Source of the DNA: the human T2T-CHM13v2.0 reference genome, Homo sapiens | Direction: 5' to 3' (one strand) | Assembly (NCBI RefSeq): GCF_009914755.1 | Contig: NC_060933.1 | Length of the DNA stretch: 64,000 nt | Part shown: positions 29,481-41,289 of the stretch, one piece after another | Position numbering within the stretch: the stretch's first letter is position 1 | Layout: each line of letters opens with the position of its first letter | Position numbers and translations under genes: made by a program | Notes under the pieces: model-generated | What the model saw: the letters and a program-made list of their open reading frames with translations, nothing else | What the model was told of the DNA's origin: nothing | Databases searched by the model: none

Positions 29481-31589
29481 CGGGTTAATTCCATTCCATT
29501 CCATTCGATTGCAATCGAGTTGATTCCATTCCATTCCATTCCATTCCATTCCATTCCATTCCATTCCATTCCATTCCGGAAGATTCCATTCCATTGCATT
29601 CCATTCCATTCCATTCCATTCCATTCCATTCCATTCCATTCCATTCCATTCCTTTCCATTCCATTACGGATGATTCAATTCCATTGCATTCCATTCCATT
29701 CCATTCCCCTGTTCTCGGGTTGATTCCATTCCATTCCATTCCATTCCAATCCATGCCATTCTACTCGTGTTGATTCCATTCTTTCCATTCTATTCAAGTT
29801 GAATCCATTCCATTGCATTCCATTCCATTCGATTCCATTCGATTGCACTCGGGTTGATTCCATTCCATTGCATTCCATTCCATTCCATTCCATTCCATTC
29901 CATTCCGTTCCGTTCCATTCCATTCCATTACATTCGGATTGATTCTATTCAATTCCCTTACACTCCATTACATTCCATTCCATTCGGGTAGTTTCCATTC
30001 CGTTCCATTCCATTCCTCTCCATTCCATTGAACTCGGGTTGATTCCATTCCATTGCATTCCATTCCATTCCATTCAATTCCATTCCGTTCCATTCCATTC
30101 CATTACATTCGGATTGATTCTATTCAACTCCCTTACTCTCCATTCCATTCCATTCCTTTCGGGTTGTTCCATTCCATTCCATTCCATTCCACTCCATTCC
30201 ATTGCACTCGGGTTTATTCCATTCCATTCCATTCCATTCCATTCCATTCCACTCCATTCCGGAACATTCCATTCCATTGCATTCCATTCCATTCCATTCC
30301 CCTGCACTCGCGTTGATTCCATTCCATTCCATTCCATTCCATTCCATTCCATTCCATTCCATTCCTTTCCGTTCCATTCCATTCCATTCCATTCCATTCC
30401 AATCCATTCCATTCCGTTCCGTTCCGTTCCATTCCATTCCATTCCATTCTATTCGGGTTAATTCCATTCCATTCCATTCGATTGCAATGGAGTTGATTCC
30501 ATTCCATTCCATTCCATTCCATTCCTTTCCATTCCATTACGGATGATTCCATTACATTGCATTCCATTCCATTCCATTCCCCTGTACTCGGGTTGATTCC
30601 ATTCCATTCCATTCCAATTCCTGCCATTCCACTCGTGTTGATTCCATTCTTTCCATTCCATTCAAGTTGAATCCATTCCATTGCATTCCATTCCATTCCA
30701 TTCCCCTGCAGTCGGGTTGTTTCCATTCCATTCCATTCCATTCCATTCCATTCCATTCCATTCCGTTCCATTCCATTCCATTCCATTCTATTCGGGTTAA
30801 TTCCATTCCATTCCATTCCATTCCATTCCATTCCAATCGAGTTGATTCCATTCCATTCCATTCCATTCCATTCCACTCCATTCCATTCCTTTCCATTCCA
30901 TTCCACTCGGGTTGATGCCAATGTATTCCTTTCCATTCCATTCCATTCCATTGCAATCGAGTTGATTCCATTGCTTTGCATTCCACTCCATTCCATTCCA
31001 TTCCGGATGATTCCATTCCATTGCATTCCATTCCATTCCATTCCCCTGCACTCGGGTTGATTCCATTCCATTCCACTCCATTCCGTTCCATTCCATTCCA
31101 TTCCATTCCATTCCATTCCATTCCATTCCATTACAATCGAGTTGATTCCATTCCATTCCATTCCATTCCAGTCCTTTCCATTCCATTCCTCTCGTGTTGA
31201 TTCCATTCTATTAGTTTCCATTCCATTCCATTCCCTTCCATTCCACTCTGGTTGATTCCATTCCTTTCCATTCCACTCGAATACATTCCCTCCTATTCCA
31301 ATCGGAACGATTCCATTCCATTCCATTCCATTCCATTCCATTCCATTCCATTCCATTCCATTCCTTTTCGTTCCATTCCATTCTATTCCGTATCATTCCA
31401 TTCCATGCCATTCCATTCCATTCCATTCCATTCCATTCAATTGCATTCCATTGTACTCGGGTTGATTCAATTCCATTGCATTCCATTCCATTCCATTCCA
31501 TTCCATTCCATTCCATTCCATTCCATTCCGTTGCATTCCATTCCATTACATTCGGATTGATTCAATTCAACTCCCTGACTCTCCATTAC

Positions 31590-31601
31590 ATTCCATGGAA
31601 T
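31590..31601. other. Strand-switch (inversion) junction with 12-bp perfect palindrome ATTCCATGGAAT
   Basis: Sequence reads ...ctctccattacATTCCATGGAATagaatggaatgg.... Everything upstream is CATTC-oriented and everything downstream is GGAAT-oriented, with no foreign insertion. The palindrome centre lies between 31595 and 31596. Confidence 0.96.
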
Positions 31602-31936
31602 AGAATGGAATGGAATGGAATGGAATGGAATCAAACCGAGTAAAGGGGAATGGAATGGAATGCAATGCAATGGAATGGAATCATCCGTAATGGAATGGAA
31701 AGGAATGGAATGGAATGGAATGGAATGGAATGGAATGGAATCAACTCGATTGCAATCGAATGGAATGGAATGGAATTCACCCGAATAGAATGGAATGGAA
31801 TGGAACGGAAAAGAACGGAACGGAATGGAATGGAATGCAATGGAACGGAACGGAACGGAATGGAATGGAATGGAATGGAATGGAATGGAATCAACGCGAG
31901 TGCAGGGGAATGGAATGGAATAGATTGCAATGGAAT

Positions 31937-31951
31937 GGAATCTTCCGGAAT
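31937..31951. promoter_or_regulatory. Perfect three-unit heat-shock element motif (gGAAt-cTTCc-gGAAt), first of many right-arm copies
   Basis: GGAATCTTCCGGAAT matches nGAAnnTTCnnGAAn. It recurs near 35.37, 36.17, 37.94, 39.46, 40.7, 42.27, 43.74, 44.4, 46.6, 47.2, 48.0, 48.85, 51.04, 51.64, 52.45, 53.93, 54.96, 58.05, 60.24 and 62.37 kb. Confidence 0.6.
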
Positions 31952-34900
31952 GGAATGGAATGGAATGGAATGGAATGCAATGGATTCAACTCGATTGCAA
32001 TGGAATGGAATAGAATGGAATGGAATGGAATGAAATGGAATTAACCCGAATGGAATGGAATGGAATGGAATGGAACGGAACGGAACGGAACGGAACGGAA
32101 CGGAATGGAATGGAATGGAATGGAATTGTATGGAATGGAAAGGAATGGTACGGAATAGAATGGAATGTAAAGAATTGGAATGGAATGGAATCGAATGGAA
32201 TGGAATGGAATGGAATGGAATCAACCCGAGTGCAGGGGAATGTAATGGAACGGAATGCAATGGAATGGAATCATCCGGAATGGAATGGAATGGAATGGAA
32301 TGGAATGGAATGGAATGGAGTCAACCCGAGTGCAATGGAACGGAGTGGAATGGAATGGAATGGAATGGAACAACCCGAATGGAATGGAATGTAATGGAGA
32401 GTAAGGGAGTTGAATAGAATCAATCCGAATGGAATGGAATGGAATGGAACGGAATGGAATGGAATGTAATGGAATGCAATGGAATGGAATCAACCCGAGT
32501 ACAATGGAATGGAATGGAATGGAATGGAATGGAATGGAATCAACCCGAGTACAATGGAATAGAGAGGAATGGAATGGAAAGGAATGGAAACTACCCGAAT
32601 GGAATGGAATGTAATGGAGTGTAAGGGAATTGAATAGAATCAATCCGAATGGAATGGAATGAAATGGAACGGAATGTAATGTAATGTAATGGAATGGAAA
32701 CAACCCGATTGCAGGGGAAAGGAATGGAATGGAATGCAATGGAATGGAATCATCCGGAATGGAATGGAATGGAATGCAATGGAATTATCCCGAGTGCAAT
32801 GGAATGGAGTGAAATGGAATGGAATGGAATGGAAACAACCAGAATGGATTGGAATATAATGGAGTGTAAGGGAATTGAATAGAATCAATCTGAATGTAAT
32901 GAAATGGAATGGAACGGAATGTAATGGAATGGAATGCAATGGAATGGAATCAACCCGAGTGCAATCGAATGGAATCGAATGGAATGGAATGCAATGGAAT
33001 GGATTCAACCTGAATGGAATGGAAAGAATGGAATCAACAAGAGTGGAATGGCATGGATTGGAATGGAATGGAATGGAATCAACCCGAGTACAGGGGAACG
33101 GAATGGAATGGAATGCAATGGAATGGAATCATCCGTAATGGAATGGAAAGGAATGGAATGGAATGGAATGGAATGGAATGGAATGGAATCAACTCGATTG
33201 CAATCGAATGGAATGGAATGGAATTAACCCGAATAGAATGGAATGGAATGGAATGGAACGGAACGGAATGGAATGGAATGGAATGGAATGGAATGGAACG
33301 GAAAGGAATGGAATGGAATGGAATGGAATGGAATCAACCCGAGTGCAATGGAATGGAGTGGAATGGAATGGAATTGAATGGAACAACCCGAATGGAATGG
33401 AATGTAATGGAGAGTAAGGGAGTTGAAAAGAATCAATCCGAATGTAATGGAATGGAATGGAACGGAACGGAATGGAATGGAATGGAATGGAATGGAATGC
33501 AATGGAATGGAATCAACCAGAGTGCAATCGAATGGAATCGAATGGAATGGAATGCAATGGAATGGATTCAACTTGAATGGAATGGAAAGAATGGAATCAA
33601 CACGAGTGGAATGGCATGGATTGGAATGGAATGGAATGGAATCAACCCGAGTACAAGGGAATGGAATGGAATGGAATGCAATGGAATGGAATCATCCGGA
33701 ATGGAATGGAATGGAATGGAATGGAATGGAATGGAATGGAATGGTATGGAATGGAATGGAATGGAATGGAATAAACGCGAGTGCAGGGGAATGTAATGGA
33801 ACGGAATACAATGGAATGGAATCATCCGGAATGGAATGGAATGGAATGGAATGCAATGGAATGGAATGGAATCAACCCGAGTGCAATGGAATGGAGTGGA
33901 ATGGAATGGAATGGAATGGAACAACCCGAATGGAATGGAATGTAATGGAGAGTAACGGAGTTGAATAGAATCAATCCGAATGTAATGGAATGGAATGGAA
34001 CGGAATGGAATGGAATGGAATGGAACGCAATGGAATGGAATCAACCCGAGTACAATGGAATGGAATGGAATGGAATGGAATAGAATGGAATGGAATGGAG
34101 TGGAATTGAATGGAATGGAATGGCTTCAAACCGAATGGAATTGAAAGGAATGGAATCAACACGAGTGAAATGGAATGGAATGGAATGGAAACAACCAGAA
34201 TGGATTGGAATACAATGGAGTGTAAGGGAATTGAATAGAATCAATCTGAATGTAATGAAATGGAATGGAACGGAATGGAATGGAATGGAATGGAATGGAA
34301 TGCAATGGAATGGAATCAACCCGAGTGCAATCGAATGGAATCGAATGGAATGTAATGCAATGGAATGGATTCAACTTGAATGGAATGGAAAGAATGGAAT
34401 CAACACGAGTGGAATGGCATGGATTGGAATGGAATGGAATGGAATCAACCCGAGTACAGGGGAATGGAATGGAATGGAATGCAATGGAATGGAATCATCC
34501 GTAATGGAATGGAAAGGAATGGAATGGAATGGAATGGAATGGAATGGAATGGAATCAACTCGATTGTAATCGAATGGAATGGAATGGAATTAACCCGAAT
34601 AGAATGGAATGGAATGGAATGGAACGGAACGGAACGGAACGGAATGGAATGGAATGAAATGGAATGGAATGGAATTGTATGGAATGGAATGGAATGGTAC
34701 GGAATAGAATGGAATGGAAAGAATTGGAATGCAATGGAATCGAATGGAATGATATGGAATGGAATGGAACGGAATGGAATGGAATTAACCCGAATGGAAT
34801 GGAATGGAATGGAATGGAATGGAATGGAACGGAACGGAATGGAATGGAATGGAATGGAATGGAATGGAATGGAATGGAATGGAATGCAATGGAATGGAAT

Positions 34901-37900
34901 CAACCGGAGTGCAATCGAATGGAATCGAATGGTATGGAATGCAATGGAATGGATTCAACTTGAATGGAATGGAAAGAATGGAATCAACACGAGTGGAATG
35001 GCATGGATTGGAATGGAATGGAATGGAATCAACCCGAGTACAGGGGAATGGAATGGAATGGAATGCAATGGAATGGAATCATACGTAATGGAATGGAAAG
35101 GAATGGAATGGAATGGAATGGAATGGAATAGAATGGAATGCAATCAACTCGATTGCAATCGAATGGAATGGAATGGAATTAACCCGAATAGAATGGAATG
35201 GAATGGAATGGAACGGAACGGAACGGAATGGAATGGATTGGAATGGAATGGAGTGGAATGGAATGGAACGGAAAGGAATGGAATGGAATGGAATGGAATG
35301 GAATGGAATGGAATGGAATGGAATCAACGCGAGTGCAGGGGAATGGAATGGAATGGAATGCAATGGAATGGAATCTTCCGGAATGGAATGGGATGGAATG
35401 GAATGGAATGGAATGGAATGGAATAAACCCGAGTGCAATGGAATGGAGTGGAATGGAATGGAATGCAATGGAACAACCCGAATGGAATGGAATGTAATGG
35501 AGAGTAAGGGAGTTGAATAGAATCAATCCGAATGTAATGGAATGGAATGCAACGGAATGGAATGGAATGGAATGGAATGGAATGGAATGGAATGGAATGG
35601 AATCAACCCGAGTGCAATGGAATGGAGAGGAATGGAATGGAATGGAATGGAAACTACCCGAATGGAATGGAATGTAATGGAGTGTAAGGGAATTGAATAG
35701 AATCAATCCGAATGTAATGGAATGGAATGGAACGGAATGGAAAGGAATGGAATGGAATGGAATGCAATGGAATGGAATCAACCCGAGTGCAATCGAATGG
35801 AATCGAATGGAATGGAATACAATGGAATGGATTCAACTTGAATGGAATGGAAAGAATGGAATCAACACGAGTGGAATGGCATGGATTGGAATGGAATGGA
35901 ATGGAATCAACCCGAGTACAGGGGAATGGAATGGAATGGAATGCAATGGAATGGAATCATCCGTAATGGAATGGAAAGGAATGGAATGGAATGGAATGGA
36001 ATGGAATGGAATGGAATGGAATCAACTCGATTGCAATCGAATGGAATGGAATGGAATTAACCCGAATAGAATGGAATGGAACGGAACGGAATGGAATGGA
36101 ATGGAATGGAATGGAATGAAATGGAATCAACGCGAGTGCAGGGGTATGGAATGGAATGGAATGCAATGGAATGGAATCTTCCGGAATGGAATGGAATGCA
36201 ATGGAATGGAATGAAATGCAATGGATTCAACTCGATTGCAATGGAATGGAATAGAATGGAATGGAATGGAATAGAATGGAATTAATTCGAATAGAATGGA
36301 ATGGAATGGAATGGAACGGAATGGACCGGAATGGAATGGAATGGAATGGAATGGAATGCTATGGAATGGAATGGAATGGTACGGAATAGAATGCAATGGA
36401 ACGAATTGCAATGGAATGGAATTGAATGGAATGGAATGGAATGGAATGGAATCAATGCGAGTGCAGGAGAATGTAATGGAACGGAATGCAATGGAATGGA
36501 ATCATCCGGAATGGAATGGAATGGAATGGAATGGAATGGAATGGAATCAACCCGAGTGCAATGGAATGGAGTGGAATGGAATGGAATGGAATGGAACAAC
36601 CCGAATGGAATGGAATGTAATGGAGAGTAAGGGAGTTGAATAGAATCAATCCGAATGTAATGGAATGGAATGCAACGGAATGGAATGGAATGGAATGCAA
36701 TGGAATTGAATCAACCCGAGTACAATGGAATGGAATGGAATGGAATGGAATGGAATGGAATGATACGGAATAGAATGGAATTGAACGAAATGGAATGGAA
36801 TGGAATGGAATGGAATGGAATGGAATGGAATGGAATGGAATCGTTCCGAGTGGAATAGGAGGGAATGTATTCGAGTGGAATGGAAAGGAATGGAATCAAC
36901 CAGACTGGAATGGAAGGGAATGGAATGGAATGGAAACTAATAGAATGGAATCAACCCGAGAGGAATGGAATGGAAAGGACTGCAATGGAATGGAATGGAA
37001 TGGAATCAACTCGATTGTAATGGAATGGAATGGAATGGAATGGAATGGAATGGAATTAACCCGAATACAATGCAATGGAATGGAATGGAACGGAATGGAG
37101 TGGAATGGAATGGAATCAACCCGAGTGCAGGGGAATGGAATGGAATGGAATGCAATGGAATGGAATCATCCGGAATGGAATGGAATGGAATGGAAGGCAA
37201 ACAATTGATTCAACTCGATTGCAATGGAAAGGAATGGAATGGAATGGAAAGGAATACATTGGAATCAACCCGAGTGGAATGGAATGGAAAGGACTGGAAT
37301 GGAGTGGAATGGAATGGAATGGAATGGAATGGAATCAATTCGATTGAAATGGAATGGAATGGAATGGAATGGAATGGAATGGAATGGAATGGAATTACCC
37401 CGAAGGGAATGGAATGGAATGGAATGGAAGGGAAAGGAATGGAATGGAATGGAATGGAATGGAATGGAAACAACCCGACTGCAGGGGAATGGAACTGAAT
37501 GGAATGCAATGGAATGGATTCAACTTGAATGGAATGGAAATAATGGAATCAACACGAGTGGAATGGCATGGATTGGAATGGAATGGAATGGAATCAACCC
37601 GAGTACAGGGGAATGGAATGGAATGGAATGCAATGGAATGGAATCATCCGTAATGGAATGGAAAAGAATGGAAAGGAATGGAATGGAATGGAATGGAATG
37701 GAATCAACTCGATTGCAATCGAATGGAATGGAATGGAATTAACCCGAATAGAATGGAATGGAATGCAATGGAACGGAACGGAACGGAATGGAATGGATTG
37801 GAATGGAATGGAATGGAATGGAATGGAACGGAAAGGAATGGAATGGAATGCAATGGAATGGAATGGAATGGAATGGAATGGAATGGAATCAACGCGAGTG

Positions 37901-40900
37901 CAGGGGAATGGAATGGAATGGAATGCAATGGAATGGAATCTTCCGGAATGGAATGCAATGGAATGGAATGGAATGGAATGGAATGGAAACAACGCGAGTG
38001 AAGGGGAATGTAATGGAACGGAATGCAATGGAATGGAATCATCCGGAATGGAATGGAATGGAATGGAATGGAATGGAATGGAATGGAATGGAATCAACCC
38101 GAGTGCAATGGAATGGAGCGGAATGGAATGGAATGGAATGGAACAACCCGAATGGAATGGAATGTAATGGAGAGTAAGGGAGTTGAATAGAATCAATCCG
38201 AATGTAATGGAATGGAATGCAACGGAATGGAATGGAATGGAATGGAATGGAATGGAATGGAATGGAATGCAATGGAATTGAATCAACCCGAGTACAATGG
38301 AATGAAATGGAATGGAATGGAATGGAATGGAATGGAATGGAATGATACGGAATAGAATGGAATGGAACGAAATGGAATGGAATGGAATGGAATGGAATGG
38401 AATGGAATCGTTCCGAGTGGAATAGGAGGGAATGTATTCGAGTGGAATGGAAAGGAATGGTTTCAACCAGAGTGGAATGGAAGGGAATGGAATGGAATGG
38501 AAACTAATAGAATGGAATAAACCCGAGTGGAATGGAATGGAAAGGACTGGAATGGAATGGAATGGAATGGAATCAACTCGATTGTAATGGAATGGAATGG
38601 AAAGGAATGGAATGGAATGGAATGGAATGGAATTAACCCGAATACAATGGAATGGAATGGAATGGAACGGAATGCAGTGGAATGGAATGGAATCAACACG
38701 AGTGCAGGGGAATGGAATGGAATGGAATGCAATGGAATGGAATCATCCGGAATGGAATGGAATGGAATGCAATGCAAAGCCATGGAATCAACTCGATTGC
38801 AATGGAATGGAATGGAATGGAAAGGAATACATTGGAATCAACCCGAGTGGAATGGAATAGAAAGGACTGGAATGGAGTGGAATGGAATGGAATGGAATGG
38901 AATGGAATCAACTCGATTGGAATGGAATGGAATGGAATGGAATGGAATTAACCCGAATAGAATGGAATGGAATGGAACGGAATGGAATGGAATGGAATGG
39001 AATGGAATGGAATGGAATGGAATCAACCCGACTGCAGGGGAATGGAATGGAATGGAATGCAATGGAATGGATTCAACTTGAATGGAATGGAAAGAATGGA
39101 ATCAACACGAGTGGAATGGCATGGATTGGAATGGAATGGAATGGAATCAACCCGAGTACAGGGGAATGGAATGGAATGGAATGCAATGGAATGGAATCAT
39201 CCGTAATGGAATGGAAAGGAATGGAATGGAATGGAATGGAATGGAATAGAATGGAATGGAATCAACTCGATTGCAATGGAATGGAATGGAATGGAATTAA
39301 CCCGAATAGAATGGAATGGAATGGAATGGAACGGAACGGAATGGAATGGAATGGAATGGAATGGAACGGAACGGAATGGAATGGAATTGAATGGAATGGA
39401 ATGGAATGGAATCAACGCGAGTGCAGGAGAATGGAATGGAATGGAATGCAATGGAATGGAATCTTCCGGAATAGAATGGAATGGAATGGAATGAAATGCA
39501 ATGGATTCAACTCGATTGCAATGGAATGGAATAGAATGGAATGGAATGGAATGGAATGGAATTAATCCGAATAGAATGGAATGGAATGGAATGGAACGGA
39601 ATGGAACGGAATGGAATGGAAGGGAATGGTATGGAATGGAATGGAATGCAATGGAATGGAATCAACCCGAGTGCAATCGAATGGAATCGAATGGAATGGA
39701 ATGCAATGGAATGGATTCAACTTGAATGGAATGGAAAGAATGGAATCAACACGAGTGTAATGGCATGGATTGGAATGGAATGGAATGGAATCAACCCGAG
39801 TACAGGAGAATGGAATGGAATGGAATGCAATGGAATGGTATGGAATGGAATGGAATGGAATGGTACGGAATAGAATGGAATGGAACGAATTGTAATGGAA
39901 TGGAAGTGAATGGAATGGAATGGAATGGAATGGAATCAACGCGAGTGCAGAGGAATGTAATTGAACGGAATGCAATGGAATGGAATCATCCGGAATGGAA
40001 TGGAATGGAATGGAATGGAATGGAATGGAATGGAATGGAATCAACCCGAGTGCAATGGAACGGAGTGGAATGGAATGGAATGGAATGGAACAACCCGAAT
40101 GGAATGGAATGCAATGGAGAGTAAGGGAGTTGAATAGAATCAATCCGAATGTAATGGAATGGGATGCAACGGAATGGAATGGAATGGAATGGAATGGAAT
40201 GGAATGGAATGGAATGGAATGGAATGCAATGGAATTGAATCAACCCGAGTACAATGGAATGGAATGGAATGGAATGGAATGGAATGGAATGGAATGGAAT
40301 CAACGCGACTGCAGGGGAATGGAATGGAATCGAATGGAATGGAAAGGAATGGAATGGATTAAACCCGAGTGCAGGGGAATGTAATGGAACGGAATGCAAT
40401 GGAATGGAATCATCCGGAATGGAATGGAATGGAATGGAATGGAATCAACCCGAGTGCAATGGAATGGAGTGGAATGGAATGGAATGGAATGGAACAACCC
40501 GAATGGAATGGAATGTAATGGAGAGTAAGGGAGTTGAAAAGAATCAATCCGAATGTAATGGAATGGAATGGAATGGAATGGAATGGAATGGAATGGAAAG
40601 AAATGCAATGGAATAGAATCAACCCGAGTACAATGGAATGGAATGGAATGGAATGGAATGGAAAGGAATGGAATGGAATGGAATGGAATGGAATGCAATG
40701 GAATGGAATCTTCCGGAATGGAATGGAAAGGAATGGAATGCAATGGAATGGAATGGAATGCAATGGATTCAACTCGATTGCAATGGAATGGAATATAATG
40801 GAATGGAATGGAATGGAATTAAACCGAATAGAGTGGAATGGAATGGAATGGAACGGAACAGAACAGAACGGAACGGAACGGAGTGGAATGGAATGGAATG

Positions 40901-41289
40901 GATTTGTATGGAATGGAATGGAATGGTACGGAATAGAATGGAATGGAAAGAATTGGAATGGAATGGAATGGAATGGAATGGAATGGAATGGAATGGAATG
41001 GAATCAACGCGAGTGCAGGGGAATGTAATGGAACGGAATGCAATGGAATGGAATCATCCGGAATGGAATGGAATGGAATGGAATGGAATGGAATGGAATG
41101 GAATGGAATGGAATCAACCCGAGCGCAATGGAATGGAGTGGAATGGAATGGAATGGAATGGAACAACCCGAATGGAATGGAATGTAATGGAGAGTAAGGG
41201 AGTTGAATACAATCAATCCGAATGTAATGGAATGGAACGGAATGGAATGAAATGGAATGGAATGGAATGGAATGGAATGGAATGCAATG

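Larger units (their letters stand above)
1..31595 (+). repeat. Satellite III (HSat3) array, left arm, C-rich (CATTC)n on the + strand
   Basis: Continuous (CATTC)n with long perfect runs, interrupted by the canonical Sat III decamers ACTCGGGTTG, AATCGAGTTG, ACTCGTGTTG, ACTCGCGTTG and ATTCGGGTTA. It lacks the CATTCGATGAT-type 23/26-bp periodicity of HSat2. The array runs off the left edge of the window. Confidence 0.97.

Noticed and set aside
31593-31598. NcoI site (CCATGG) as a unique junction marker, or a new HSE created by the junction
   Set aside because: Another CCATGG occurs at 38780-38785. At the junction TTC and GAA are 4 bp apart rather than the 2 bp an HSE requires.
31467-31670. ORF crossing the junction with chimeric IPFHS-then-MEWNG peptide
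   Set aside because: It is simply the translation of the strand switch, with no independent coding evidence.
31500-31700. Transposon insertion or target-site duplication at the breakpoint
   Set aside because: There is no non-satellite sequence, poly(A) tail or LINE/Alu/LTR fragment at the junction or elsewhere in the window.
30000-33200. Perfect fold-back palindrome (breakage-fusion-bridge or hairpin read artefact)
   Set aside because: Exact symmetry lasts only 12 bp, and module order on the two sides is not mirrored. Raw-read confirmation is still advisable.
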